Notes: generated from the letters alone by a model not told the origin. A DNA stretch of 64,000 nucleotides from an uncultured Candidatus Saccharibacteria bacterium (GCA_964584225.1 CAZOZG010000002.1:5127-69126), one strand, 5' to 3'; positions 8,785 through 18,804 are shown, counted from the stretch's first letter. Translations and numbers: made by a program.

Positions 8785-10782
8785 TCAACCTTGTGCGGCC
8801 GCAGCTTGCTTGATCCACGCATCTTGATCGGCTTTGTTCGGATAGAGTGGCGCGAGCGTCTGTCGTGCGCCTGTCTCATCGCCGACCCACAGCTGCGCCT
8901 GCGCGTAGTATTGACGTGCTTGATCATTTTCCGGCAACTCTTCAAAGGCTTGCTTGAACGACGCGACTCCGGCTGCTTTGTCGCCAAGGCGGAATTGATT
9001 GGTGCCAAGTTGGTAGAGAATCGTTTGCTTCGCTGGTGAGAGTTTGTGTGCTTGCTCGAGTGCGATTTCTGCATCTTTATAATCGCCGTACGAATCCAGC
9101 AGCACACCTAAGAAAAGCGGAAAGCGCGCATCCAAGGGCGACGCCTGCATCTGCAACGTCATTTCTTGCGCCGCGGTCTCAAAGAAATTTTTCTTTGCAT
9201 CGGTTGAAATATTTGGATTACCTGCGATCTGCGCCGCGGCTTGAATGAGCTGTTCGCGCGCTTCTTGCGTGCCGTAGGTGCCGTACGCAATTGCTTGTTT
9301 GAAGTACGTGAGGTTTGTGTTGATATCAGATTGCTGCGCGAGAGCATTCAAGAGCGTTTTGTTCTCGAGATACGCATGTCCATTCACGTTCCATGCAGCG
9401 ACGCAAAACAGCACCAGCGCAGCGAGCGAGGCGTATGGCAAGAGATGCCGCGCCGAGAAAGACGTCTCGACAAGCGGCATCGTGCTCTCGTGCGTGCTCG
9501 CGCGCCACGCGATAAACGCAATCACACTCGTGAAGAGAATGTAGCTCGTAACGTTATCGAAGACGAAAAGATCGTGGAAGAAGTACGCGGCGAGTAATCC
9601 TGTGAGAATACTTTGCTCGGCAGCGCTAAAGACGTCGCGTCGCCACACAAGATAGAGTGCCGCAACAAAGATCGAGAGATAGCTCAGCAGTCCCAAGAAA
9701 CCGCCTGCAACGAGCCAGTCGAAGACAACGTCGTGCGTGCGATCAAACCACTGCTCTTGCCCATACATGCGTGGATCGTAGTACTTGTCGAACACAATCG
9801 CGTAGTTTTCTTGCCCCCAGCCCAAGAGCGGTCGCTCTTTCGCACCTTGCCACGCCATGCCCCAATTCAAGAAGCGCGCTTTCACCGTACTATCGGTGAG
9901 CGAAATTGATGAGAGGCGGTTCAAGAATCCGATGTTTTGTACAAACGCACTTTGACGATTGACGTAGATCAGTGCTCCTGCAACGACGAGTGCAACCACG
10001 ACACCTGCTGTCCACCACGCAGCTTTCGAGCGACGCGTCCGCACTGCGAAGAGAAAGAGCGCGATCAAGCCGCCACCGATAAGCCCGAGCGTCGTGCCGC
10101 GCGTGCCAGTGAAAAGGAGCGCCACCGTGTCGACAAAAATGACGATTGCATACCACGCCGACATCCAGCCGCGCATGCCCGCCTTTTCCTTTTGCCACGC
10201 ATTTGCCCAGAGCATCGCGGCGATGAAAATATTGAAAAGCATGTACGCTGCGAGATAGATCGGGTTGCCAAAGGTCGCGTCGATGCGCGCTGAAAGGCCG
10301 CCCGAGCCACCTTGCCCGAGAGCTGCATCCCCCAAAATCTGCGCGAAACCCCAGAAAGCAACCAAGACAGACAAGAGAAGCGACATTTCCCAAAAACGTC
10401 GCCAGAGCTTTTCCGTATTGAGCGTCGTATACGCAACGATGAAGTAGAGCAAGAGATGCATCTGCGTCACCCACCCATCCATGCGCTCGTAATTACTCCA
10501 AAAGCTTTTGAAGGGCACTGCGCCTTGTGCGTCCGCGATCGCGATGACGAGCACAAAAAGCGCAAACGCTCCCAAAAGCAAGGAACGCTTCGGCCAGTAG
10601 GCAGGATTACACAGTGCAAGCGCAAGCCACGCACATGCGATTAATTCAACGATGAGGCGGAATAGAAAATTCTTTCCGGTGATGAACGGAAAGAAAAGAT
10701 CGTAGGCGACGTAAAAGACAATGAAGGGAAGTGCGAAGACGCCAACGATGACGATGCCGCGTAGAAACTTCTCAAGCGTCAT
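8785..10782 (-). CDS. O-antigen ligase / O-oligosaccharyltransferase (Wzy_C) family protein with C-terminal TPR
   Basis: About 13 TM; TFGNPIYLAAY, TGTRG, R..W..A.......P..GWG.ENY, FDRTHD; helical TPR-like tail. Confidence 0.88.
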   Translation of the reverse strand: MTLEKFLRGIVIVGVFALPFIVFYVAYDLFFPFITGKNFLFRLIVELIACAWLALALCNPAYWPKRSLLLGAFALFVLVIAIADAQGAVPFKSFWSNYERMDGWVTQMHLLLYFIVAYTTLNTEKLWRRFWEMSLLLSVLVAFWGFAQILGDAALGQGGSGGLSARIDATFGNPIYLAAYMLFNIFIAAMLWANAWQKEKAGMRGWMSAWYAIVIFVDTVALLFTGTRGTTLGLIGGGLIALFLFAVRTRRSKAAWWTAGVVVALVVAGALIYVNRQSAFVQNIGFLNRLSSISLTDSTVKARFLNWGMAWQGAKERPLLGWGQENYAIVFDKYYDPRMYGQEQWFDRTHDVVFDWLVAGGFLGLLSYLSIFVAALYLVWRRDVFSAAEQSILTGLLAAYFFHDLFVFDNVTSYILFTSVIAFIAWRASTHESTMPLVETSFSARHLLPYASLAALVLFCVAAWNVNGHAYLENKTLLNALAQQSDINTNLTYFKQAIAYGTYGTQEAREQLIQAAAQIAGNPNISTDAKKNFFETAAQEMTLQMQASPLDARFPLFLGVLLDSYGDYKDAEIALEQAHKLSPAKQTILYQLGTNQFRLGDKAAGVASFKQAFEELPENDQARQYYAQAQLWVGDETGARQTLAPLYPNKADQDAWIKQAAAAQG

Positions 10783-10822
10783 GGTGGGTATTCTAGCAAG
10801 AGCTGTTGTGGACCGCTAGCGC

Positions 10823-11884
10823 TTAGAGCGGCTTGATCGTGACCGCTGATTTCTGATTTTTGAGCGCAGTGCGCAAGACCTCTATCACGCGCACGCCGCT
10901 TTCGATTGCGATCGGAGAATCTACAGGCTTCAGCTTCCCTTTCAGGATTGCGTCGATGTGTCGGACTTCACGATAAAAATCGTCGGGACGTTTTTTGTCG
11001 AAAATCTTCACATCTTCCTTTCCTTCGGCATCTTTCCATTTCACGACGTCGCCACGCGGGTCACCGTTGCAGTACCATTCGATGTAGCCCGCGTCGCCTT
11101 GGACGCGCGCCCACTTGCGGGTCGGTTGCGTCACGACATCTTGAATCACACGACCTACTTTTCTTTTGTCGGTGACGAAAGTGAATGCCGCAATCGCATC
11201 GTACTTCGTCTTGCCTTGCTTTTTCATATCGTAGATTGCAGTCATCGACTTCCATGTGCCGAGTCCTGCCGCGCGTGCGAAGAGTTGCCACAGGTGCAAT
11301 GCGTGTGAATGCTCGCCTGAAGCTCCACCACCGCGATCGATATAGCCGAGGTAGGTGTCCTCTGGACCTGAAAGCCACGGATGCGCTTTGAAAATGCCCG
11401 CCCAGTGCTCGCGAAATTCGACGTCGAGTGTGAGCACATCGCCGATCGGCTTTTTCTTGAGTAGATCAACGATGAAGGTGACCGCCTCCGCGACGCCGTG
11501 GTCGTAACCGACGAGAAGAATCGTCCCCTGTTTTTTTGCGGCAGTGACGAGCTCTTTCAATCCTTTGCCTTCTGGCCCGCACAGCGGCTTTTCAAGCAAC
11601 ATTAATTTCGGTTTGCCTTTCAGCTCCTCAAGCGCAACGCGCATGCGCACATCTGGCGGCGTGCCGATCATCACGATGTCGTATTTCCCTTTTGGCTCTT
11701 TGCCTGCGACGAATTGTTTGATAGATGAATCCCATTTTCCGTAGCGAGTCGGGTAAATGTCCTCGCGCATGCGCTGCAGTGCGGCTTGGTCGCGATCGGT
11801 CACGGTTACCTTCCATCCGATTCTGCGCGCCGCTTGCGCCAAGTGGTTTCCGATCGACCCCGCGCCGATAACTTTGGCGTTCAT
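10823..11884 (-). CDS. Gfo/Idh/MocA family oxidoreductase
   Basis: GAGSIG Rossmann motif, LEKP, GGGA..E.SH. Confidence 0.88.
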   Translation of the reverse strand: MNAKVIGAGSIGNHLAQAARRIGWKVTVTDRDQAALQRMREDIYPTRYGKWDSSIKQFVAGKEPKGKYDIVMIGTPPDVRMRVALEELKGKPKLMLLEKPLCGPEGKGLKELVTAAKKQGTILLVGYDHGVAEAVTFIVDLLKKKPIGDVLTLDVEFREHWAGIFKAHPWLSGPEDTYLGYIDRGGGASGEHSHALHLWQLFARAAGLGTWKSMTAIYDMKKQGKTKYDAIAAFTFVTDKRKVGRVIQDVVTQPTRKWARVQGDAGYIEWYCNGDPRGDVVKWKDAEGKEDVKIFDKKRPDDFYREVRHIDAILKGKLKPVDSPIAIESGVRVIEVLRTALKNQKSAVTIKPL

Positions 11885-11926
11885 GATGAAGGGATACTAA
11901 CAGCTGCAACACAATCAGCAAGTACT

Positions 11927-11958
11927 AAAAAGAAGAGGGCGCCCCGCAGGGCGCCCTC
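11927..11958 (-). terminator. Intrinsic terminator
   Basis: GAGGGCGCCC-N4-GGGCGCCCTC then TTCTTTTT on the minus strand. Confidence 0.75.
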
Positions 11959-11968
11959 ACAGTATTCG

Positions 11969-12532
11969 TCACGAGACTTCGTACTGCTCCAGATCCAGGA
12001 AAATATCATGCGCGATATGTTCCGCATCACGTGCAGCGTTTACAATTGTCGGCTGAATCTCCGGAGGCCACGGTGTTTGGATCGTGAGCGCCCAGTGATA
12101 CTGCTCTAGCGTTTTGATGGGCGACACGGAATTCTCCCGCGCGCGCATGGCGATGCTTTTTTTGATTTCCTCTTCGGAAGAAACTTCCAAGCGAAAGAAA
12201 CGCATCGGCACATTGCTGTGTGCTTGCGAGAATTGCAGCACCGGGTCTTTAAACTGCTGCCGCGAACACGTGCCTGAGAACACGATAGGCATGCCGCGGT
12301 GCAGCTGGGCGCTTGCTTCGCCACACGCAAGTTCATAGACGCGCGCCATGAGCGCAATCTCTTCCTCTTTGGGTAAGAGCTGCCCCGACGCATCCAAAAA
12401 ATGAGATCGACGCACCACGTCGACATCAATGGAGACTAGGTTCGAATGCTCGCTCATGTATTTGGCGACAGTCGATTTTCGATGTAGCGGCGGTCCTGTG
12501 AGGAACGCCACAAGAGGCCTATATTCAGGCAC
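11969..12532 (-). CDS. P-loop kinase (AAA_33/gluconokinase-like fold)
   Basis: LTGPPLHRKST Walker-A variant, D.D.VR, kinase lid R; GTG start with GGGGG SD-like motif. Confidence 0.7.
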   Translation of the reverse strand: MPEYRPLVAFLTGPPLHRKSTVAKYMSEHSNLVSIDVDVVRRSHFLDASGQLLPKEEEIALMARVYELACGEASAQLHRGMPIVFSGTCSRQQFKDPVLQFSQAHSNVPMRFFRLEVSSEEEIKKSIAMRARENSVSPIKTLEQYHWALTIQTPWPPEIQPTIVNAARDAEHIAHDIFLDLEQYEVS

Positions 12533-12577
12533 TGGATTCCCCCGCTGTTGTTGGTATGAACTATCCCGTACTCTGTC

Positions 12578-13219
12578 TTAGGACGCAGATTGTGTCAAGA
12601 TTTCCAACAACTCGCTCAATTGCGAAATCGATTTGATGCCTGTCCCCTCCCAGCGCGAGCCAAAGCCCACGAATTGACAACCAAACGTGTGCGCCGCATC
12701 TGCGTCGCCTTCGGTGTCGCCGACAAAAAGCGTATCCAAGACAGGCACATGCGCGTGCTGCACAATCCGCCCAAGATTTTCCACTTTGTTGCGCGGCGTT
12801 CCGTATATTCCTTTAAAAAGAGGTGCGACGCCAAGTGCGTGGATGCTTTCCTGCAGCACTTCTTCCGGCGTGAGCGAATTCACGTACAAAGGAATTTTCT
12901 GCGAAAGCACCGTCATGGCCTGCCGCGCATCATCCGACACTCTCAGTTGGCGCACGCGCTTATCGACGACTTCGCCGTATCTGCGGACATACTCAGCGAC
13001 TTTCGCGTCGATCGCGTCTGTCTCTCCCATGCGCTCAAAAACGCCGCGGATGATATCGGCTCGATTTCCGCGTCCTGTGAGATCGGCACGCGCAGAATCA
13101 ATCTCGCGTTTCGGCACGGGCTCACCAAATTCACTAAACATAAGAGAAAAGCCCTGCTGCTTGATGGGCTCCGAATCCACGATCACGCCGTCGAAATCAA
13201 GAACAAGTGCTTTGATCAT
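12578..13219 (-). CDS. HAD-family phosphatase
   Basis: DFDGVIVDS motif I, VGDTEGD motif IV. Confidence 0.9.
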   Translation of the reverse strand: MIKALVLDFDGVIVDSEPIKQQGFSLMFSEFGEPVPKREIDSARADLTGRGNRADIIRGVFERMGETDAIDAKVAEYVRRYGEVVDKRVRQLRVSDDARQAMTVLSQKIPLYVNSLTPEEVLQESIHALGVAPLFKGIYGTPRNKVENLGRIVQHAHVPVLDTLFVGDTEGDADAAHTFGCQFVGFGSRWEGTGIKSISQLSELLEILTQSAS

Positions 13220-14749
13220 CTAGTCGAATTGATGCCGACCCCAGTTGTTAAGTTTTGTCTTTCGCTCTTCACGTGCCATTTTAGCAATTTTTGGATCTTC
13301 GTACATCGAGTCATCATTGTGGTGCGTCGTCGATATCTCTTCAAAAATCGCACCAGTTGTCGTCCAGAATTTATGCTTCACGCCGCGCTGAATGATTTGG
13401 AGATCGCCCGGGCGCAGCGTCTTCCGGCGTCCATCGAGTTCCATTTCCAATTCGCCCGCGAGCATATGAAATGCCTCTTCCTTTTTGAGGTGGTGATGAA
13501 AGGGATGTACCTGGCCCGGCAATTGAATGAGAATTTTCTTGCAGTACTCGCGATTGATGCAATCGATGATGACGACACCGTACTTGTGGAAATTTTCGAG
13601 CCCATAGTGATGCGAAAGTTCGACTTCAAATTCCGGCGTGATCGGCACGCCCGCTTCATTGAGCATACCTTTCACTGCGTGAATCGCTTGGTAGATTGTG
13701 TGCTTGCGAGAAAAGCCATCGACGCGCACTTTCTCGCTGACAGCTTCGTCTTTTTTATAATTCTTATCAGCGATTAAGCCGTTGAGAAGACGCCCACTGG
13801 GGAGCTGCCCTTTCTCGATCGGAAACGCAAAATAAACATCTGCCGCTTTGATCTCATCGCCCTTCTTGATCGGCTTTTTGGCGAAGACGCCGCGCATCAA
13901 CGACGCAAGATCTTCCTGCTCTTTCTTTTCGAGCTTTTTCTCGCGCGAACCCACCGCGTCCCTCGCGCGCTCCCATGCCTCTACCCATTTCTCGGTTTGC
14001 TCCGGCGTCGCGGAGTACGCATTGAGCTTTATTTCCGGCGTCGCGACACCAACATGTTTTTCATACATGCGTGCACCTTTCGCGTACGCCATCTGAATAT
14101 TCTCGACATTCTCTGGCGATTCGTGTGTTGAAAAACCGACGACCAGATTCGGGAAACGCTTTTTCAAAACGGTGATTTGTTCGAGCTGCAATTTCTCGGT
14201 GGGGGTCGGATAGATCGAGACACAATGCTGAATCGCAAAATGCACATAGCGGTGGTCGAAAAATGTCACGACGTCGTCGATGCGCTTCAGCGGCAGGCCA
14301 CCAAACGAGATGATCACGGGCTTTTTGGCTTCTGCGATTTTCTGCAGGAGTGGGAAATCGGTCGCCGATGCACTCGCGACTTTCAAGACGTCTGCACCGA
14401 GTCGATCCGCCGTTTCCACGGACTTTTCGTCGAAAGGCGTCACCATTACAATCAATTTTTCTTTGCGCGCCGCCGCGATCAGCTCTTTGAAGTGTTGTTC
14501 TGAAAGACGCGTGGAGAGAAATCGTGGCACGTGTTTGTTGTCGGTCTTTTTGAGATGCTTGGGGTGCACGAACGTATCAAGATCGCGGAACTGGAATTTA
14601 ATCGCTGCCTTCAGCTGGTGCTTTTTGGCAATCGCCCCGATCGCCTTGATGATTTTCTTGCCGTGCGCGACCGAGCCCTGATGGTTGTTGGCCATCTCAA
14701 AGGTAAAGAGGTCGTTGAAGTCGAAACGCTCTGTCGGCTCAAGTTGCAT
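13220..14749 (-). CDS. neuB: NeuB-family nonulosonic acid synthase with SAF domain fused to a C-terminal cupin (D-lyxose/mannose isomerase-like)
   Basis: EMANNHQG, KFQ, TPFD, KVAS, HCVSIYPT, GFSTH, EKH; C-terminal HPFHHHLKKEE...H.F...EEIST cupin; start ATG 14749 (ORF extends to 14767). Confidence 0.88.
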   Translation of the reverse strand: MQLEPTERFDFNDLFTFEMANNHQGSVAHGKKIIKAIGAIAKKHQLKAAIKFQFRDLDTFVHPKHLKKTDNKHVPRFLSTRLSEQHFKELIAAARKEKLIVMVTPFDEKSVETADRLGADVLKVASASATDFPLLQKIAEAKKPVIISFGGLPLKRIDDVVTFFDHRYVHFAIQHCVSIYPTPTEKLQLEQITVLKKRFPNLVVGFSTHESPENVENIQMAYAKGARMYEKHVGVATPEIKLNAYSATPEQTEKWVEAWERARDAVGSREKKLEKKEQEDLASLMRGVFAKKPIKKGDEIKAADVYFAFPIEKGQLPSGRLLNGLIADKNYKKDEAVSEKVRVDGFSRKHTIYQAIHAVKGMLNEAGVPITPEFEVELSHHYGLENFHKYGVVIIDCINREYCKKILIQLPGQVHPFHHHLKKEEAFHMLAGELEMELDGRRKTLRPGDLQIIQRGVKHKFWTTTGAIFEEISTTHHNDDSMYEDPKIAKMAREERKTKLNNWGRHQFD

Positions 14750-14781
14750 GCCGGCACTATGCATCAAAAATCACCAAAGAT

Positions 14782-14819
14782 CAAGGCGACGCCTTTAGGG
14801 ATCTTAAGGCGTCGCCTTG
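14782..14819. repeat. Compound palindrome (REP-like) / terminator-like hairpin between neuA and neuB
   Basis: CAAGGCGACGCCTT-N10-AAGGCGTCGCCTTG; 14-bp inverted arms, each arm itself nearly palindromic. Confidence 0.6.
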
Positions 14820-14822
14820 CAT

Positions 14823-15548
14823 TTAGAGTTTCCGCTGTCGCTCGCGCAGCAGCATTTCTGCGAGACGAAAATCGAGTTCAGTATCAATATTGACCGAATG
14901 ATCGAGGGTCATCTCGAAATAGCCGAGGCGTTTCCCTGAAGTCGAGTGTTGTTTCAAAATCGTATCGCGACGCATCACATCCATCGCGCCCGTATGCACG
15001 TAGACTTTCGGAAAAAGTTGCCTCGGCAAATTGTGAGGCTCATCGTGACCCGTCACTTCTTTCGGCAAAAACGGCTCCAGGTGTTTCCCGTCTTTTGCGA
15101 TCCGCCACAGTTTGTACGGATGCTTCGGCGCTTCGTGAATTGGTCGTACCGCGTCGAGCGTCGCATCGTTCAAAAGTGTATCGATGCCGTGATCGATGTC
15201 GTCAGTGGTGCACAAGGGCGACGTCGGCGGCAGTCGCAGGACGACATCGGGTTCGTAGCCCTCTTTTTCTTTTAAAGTCTTGAGCGCGTGCGTGAGAAAT
15301 TCGACGTCGGTCGAACGGTCTTGAGAAATATGTTCTGGCCGCATAAACGGCACTTCGGCTCCAGATTCTTTTGCGACCTTTGCGATCTCTGTATCGTCCG
15401 TAGACACAATCACGCGCGTGACACTCTTCGATCCCTTCGCCGCCTCGATCATCCAGACGATCAAGGGCTTGCCGGCAATCATGCGAACATTTTTCCGCGG
15501 CAGGCCTTTTGAGCCACCGCGGGCTGGAATAACGGCGAGGATTTCCAT
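14823..15548 (-). CDS. neuA: CMP-nonulosonic acid synthetase (acylneuraminate cytidylyltransferase)
   Basis: IPARGGSKGLPRKN, VSTD, PTSPL, PRQ, NIDT..D; TATAAT 8 nt upstream of ATG 15548. Confidence 0.92.
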   Translation of the reverse strand: MEILAVIPARGGSKGLPRKNVRMIAGKPLIVWMIEAAKGSKSVTRVIVSTDDTEIAKVAKESGAEVPFMRPEHISQDRSTDVEFLTHALKTLKEKEGYEPDVVLRLPPTSPLCTTDDIDHGIDTLLNDATLDAVRPIHEAPKHPYKLWRIAKDGKHLEPFLPKEVTGHDEPHNLPRQLFPKVYVHTGAMDVMRRDTILKQHSTSGKRLGYFEMTLDHSVNIDTELDFRLAEMLLRERQRKL

Positions 15549-15580
15549 ATATAGCCGCATTATAGGCTCTTTCTCGGGTA

Positions 15581-15609
15581 TTGCAATAGATACGCATTCG
15601 TGTTAGAAT
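15581..15609 (+). promoter_or_regulatory. Sigma70-like promoter for 15659 gene
   Basis: TTGCAA-17 nt-TAGAAT; downstream GGAGGT SD before GTG 15659. Confidence 0.6.
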
Positions 15610-15658
15610 GCTGACCGCTTAAAGAGTCACAAAATCCACAGAAAGAACGGAGGTTCAC

Positions 15659-16660
15659 GTGAATATTTTCCTTGTATCGAACGACAAGGCCCCGACCGAT
15701 GCGTTCCTCAAACTCAGTCCTCACCTTATCGACCATGGACACAAAGTCAGCCATGCCGTTTTTGGTGGCGCCGGTGGCGGAGAGTGGGCTGACATTGCAC
15801 TTATAGGAATGTCGACGCCCGAAAAAAACGCTGAAATCGAAATCGCTGCGGCGCGCGAATGCATCCGTCTCGGTAAGCCATTCGGTTTCTACGCAGATGC
15901 GCATGGTGCGTGGACGCGGCCACACTTCGCGGAGTTCCGCGAAAAAGCCAGCTTCGTTTTCGTTGTCGCCGACGAGCCGGGCACCATGAAAATGTGGCCG
16001 AACGCCCGGATCATCAAAACGGGCAATCCGCTGTGGGCTCAGTACTTCAAGCCCGTCGACAGAAAAGCTGCTCGCGAGGCTATGTCGGCGTTCGACCAAG
16101 ATTTCGTCATCCTGTGTCCTGGTACGAAGAACAGGACACACAACTTGCTGGTCTGGAACGCAGTCATCCAGGCAGCGAAGGGCATACATACTGCACAGGT
16201 CGTCCTTTCACCGCATCCCGGCGATAAGACGGACCCAATGATCTATCAAGATCTCGCGCAACTCGCGGCGCAGGATGCTGTCTGCGTCGATATACCGCGG
16301 AACAAGACAGACGAGCTAGTCCCTGGGGCTGACGTCGTGATCAACGGCACATCCGTCCGCGTTCATGCAATTGCACGCGGAATTCCCGTGATCGACTACT
16401 ATGAGCCACTTTCGCAGACATGGCTCGAAAATGACACCGGCAAATCGAGAAGCTACTTCGCCGATTCGGGCGCCGTGCTTGGTTTGTACGGCAAACAAGC
16501 GAGCTGGCCTGCGCTTGCATCACTGTTCGATAAAGTCGCGAGAGATCCGAAGCTTCTGCAAAAGGGCCAGGAAGGTATCGTCGAAAATGTGTCTCAACAC
16601 GAGATGCTTGAGCGCATGCGAATCGTGCTCGAGCAAGTTGCTCAGTCGAAAGCTGCCTAA
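15659..16660 (+). CDS. Hypothetical GT-B-fold protein, possible sialyl-/glycerophospho-transferase-like
   Basis: TGNP, SPHPGD, GADVVI...S....A...GIPV pattern of GT-B C-terminal domains; SD-led with its own promoter and terminator. Confidence 0.55.
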   Translation: MNIFLVSNDKAPTDAFLKLSPHLIDHGHKVSHAVFGGAGGGEWADIALIGMSTPEKNAEIEIAAARECIRLGKPFGFYADAHGAWTRPHFAEFREKASFVFVVADEPGTMKMWPNARIIKTGNPLWAQYFKPVDRKAAREAMSAFDQDFVILCPGTKNRTHNLLVWNAVIQAAKGIHTAQVVLSPHPGDKTDPMIYQDLAQLAAQDAVCVDIPRNKTDELVPGADVVINGTSVRVHAIARGIPVIDYYEPLSQTWLENDTGKSRSYFADSGAVLGLYGKQASWPALASLFDKVARDPKLLQKGQEGIVENVSQHEMLERMRIVLEQVAQSKAA

Positions 16661-16672
16661 GCAGCACAACAA

Positions 16673-16707
16673 GAGGCGTCGGCCCATAGCCGACGCCTCA
16701 TTCTTTT
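16673..16707 (+). terminator. Intrinsic terminator between convergent genes
   Basis: GAGGCGTCGGC-CCATA-GCCGACGCCTC followed by ATTCTTTT. Confidence 0.75.
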
Positions 16708-18079
16708 ACAACATTTCAAGAACCGCCTGCGCGACGCGTTCAGCCGATTTTCCGTCTACCTTATAAAGCATATCGTGTTTCAATACTTCTCTTTCTTTGC
16801 GTAAATACTCTGGATTTTCAAGAAACTTTTTGATTTCTGCTTCGAGTTCATCATGACTTTTCACAAGCGGCGCCGCACCGATCTGAGTGATGTGTTTGTA
16901 GTGATTGCGCTCATACACGCGCGCGACAGAATCCCAATACGACGGGTGATGATCGCCATCGTATCCAATCAAAATCACCGGCCTGTCATTTGCAGAGGCG
17001 TCGAGCGAGAGCGTCGACTCGGTGTTGATGACGACGTCGCTGTGCTTCAATGAATTTGCGAGATGTGCAATGTCTTTGTTGGTAAACGTCCACGCATACG
17101 TATTGCCAACGCCCATGTCGACCGAAAATTGCAGCTTATCAGAGAGATGCGTACCCGGTCGGTCGAAAATGAAGTGCTTCAATTTTAATTTTTCACTCGA
17201 ATCCGGATATTTCGGATGGAATCGCGCCAGAACCTGCAATGGTCCAAACCTTCCCTCCTCAATGCGCTTATCAAGCTCAATCATGATGTCGCTCGTAAAT
17301 GGTGTCTTCCAATCTCCAGGTACCGCAATCAAGATCATCCGCTTCTTGGGGTCACCACCGATGCCTGCGATGAATTGTTCGCGGGGCACGAAAATATCCT
17401 GTCGTGCATACACATCAAACTGCGGAAAACCGGTGATGACGATGTTTTGTGGCTTGTAATCGCCGAGCTCGATTGCCTCTTCTTTGTTGAACTCGTTGAA
17501 CACAAGTAAGCGATCCGCGCGCATGCGTGTAAATGCCTTGGTCGTCAGCACGTCCCAACTTTTCGCGGTCGTCGCCGTTTTCACGCCGTGTCGCTTCGCT
17601 TGCCGCATCAAGCGAAAATCTTCCGGCGAGAACATGTTGGGCGTGAAGACGAGATCAGGGTTGTATGTGTGAAAGAGATCCTCGCAGTAATCGTCAGGCG
17701 GCACCGTGTAGAGCCAGCGCAAAAATTCGCGCCACACGCGAAAGCGTCCAAGAAATCCGAAAACGCTGCCAACGCAAAATCGCCACAGCGGCCAGCCTTT
17801 GGAGCGCCACATATGCCGACGCAAGACAGCTGAGCGTGTCGGCAATGAATTCCATCCGATGAAATACCACAATCGCTCAGCAAAGGTCGTCGCTTCGGGA
17901 TGGCGTTCGATGAAGACGCGATCACTGCCGTAAGACGTGTGATAGTAGTCGAGACTGCCCTGCGCGCGGACGATGAGCACAAATCGATGCCCCGCCTGTT
18001 TCAAATATTCAAACGTGCCTGAGCGCAACACATTTTTCTCCGTGTCACCGTCGTAGACCGATATGAAAATGGTTTTCAT
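16706..18079 (-). CDS. CDP-glycerol glycerophosphotransferase (TagF)-like GT-B protein; candidate nonulosonic-acid transferase
   Basis: SWD.LTTK, TGFPQFD, RFHP, SDVVINTESTLSLDA, DGKSAERVA. Confidence 0.7.
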   Translation of the reverse strand: MKTIFISVYDGDTEKNVLRSGTFEYLKQAGHRFVLIVRAQGSLDYYHTSYGSDRVFIERHPEATTFAERLWYFIGWNSLPTRSAVLRRHMWRSKGWPLWRFCVGSVFGFLGRFRVWREFLRWLYTVPPDDYCEDLFHTYNPDLVFTPNMFSPEDFRLMRQAKRHGVKTATTAKSWDVLTTKAFTRMRADRLLVFNEFNKEEAIELGDYKPQNIVITGFPQFDVYARQDIFVPREQFIAGIGGDPKKRMILIAVPGDWKTPFTSDIMIELDKRIEEGRFGPLQVLARFHPKYPDSSEKLKLKHFIFDRPGTHLSDKLQFSVDMGVGNTYAWTFTNKDIAHLANSLKHSDVVINTESTLSLDASANDRPVILIGYDGDHHPSYWDSVARVYERNHYKHITQIGAAPLVKSHDELEAEIKKFLENPEYLRKEREVLKHDMLYKVDGKSAERVAQAVLEML

Positions 18080-18804
18080 GGTTTTTGTGCGACGAGAATG
18101 TGCGAGACACCGAAAGGCAGATTGAGTCGGCGATTCACTGATCGCTCGACATCGATAACGTGCGCTAAGATGCCGTTGATCCAGGCAGGAATCCGCGACA
18201 AGCTGTTTGATAGTTTCTCGCCTTCAGGTTTTTTGTGATAGAAGCGCGCTACAAGCCATACCACCGGAAACATACAGATGTTCCAAAAGCCACTGTAGCG
18301 AATCTGCATGTTGTTGCGCGCAAAGAGTCCGACGAGTTCGCCACGCTTGTAGCGCCTGAGATGATGCCCGTAATCATCGTTTTCATTCCAGAGCGACGGA
18401 AACGCCGGCACCAATATGTAGGCCGAACCGCGCGACTTCAAGACGCGCGCGATCTCGGCAACCGTTTTCGTGTCGTCGATGTGTTCGAGTACGTCAGCGC
18501 AGACGATCGCGTCGACCGAATCACTGGGAAGCGGAATGTCTTCGGCTGAGGCAAGTAATGTTTCGTGATAGCCACGCGCACGCGCGTGTGCGAGCGCTTC
18601 TTCTGAAATATCGAGCCCAATCACTTTCTGAGCGTGAACGGCAAGGACGGGAAAATTCGCACCGACGCCGCATCCAAGATCCAATAGGACGCCGCGCTCT
18701 GCGGGAAAGCGCTCGAGCAAATCATTGAGGACGCGTCGGCGCGATACGTACCACCAACTCGTTTCTTCAAAGCCGGCAATTTCCTCGTGGCTATACGTTT
18801 CCAT
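18076..18804 (-). CDS. Class I SAM-dependent methyltransferase
   Basis: LDLGCGVG, DVLEHI, VPA...LW...D....HLRRY. Confidence 0.88.
   Translation of the reverse strand: METYSHEEIAGFEETSWWYVSRRRVLNDLLERFPAERGVLLDLGCGVGANFPVLAVHAQKVIGLDISEEALAHARARGYHETLLASAEDIPLPSDSVDAIVCADVLEHIDDTKTVAEIARVLKSRGSAYILVPAFPSLWNENDDYGHHLRRYKRGELVGLFARNNMQIRYSGFWNICMFPVVWLVARFYHKKPEGEKLSNSLSRIPAWINGILAHVIDVERSVNRRLNLPFGVSHILVAQKP

Noticed and set aside
12590-13777. 395-aa plus-strand ORF
   Set aside because: Antisense to HAD and neuB; typical shadow ORF at this GC content.
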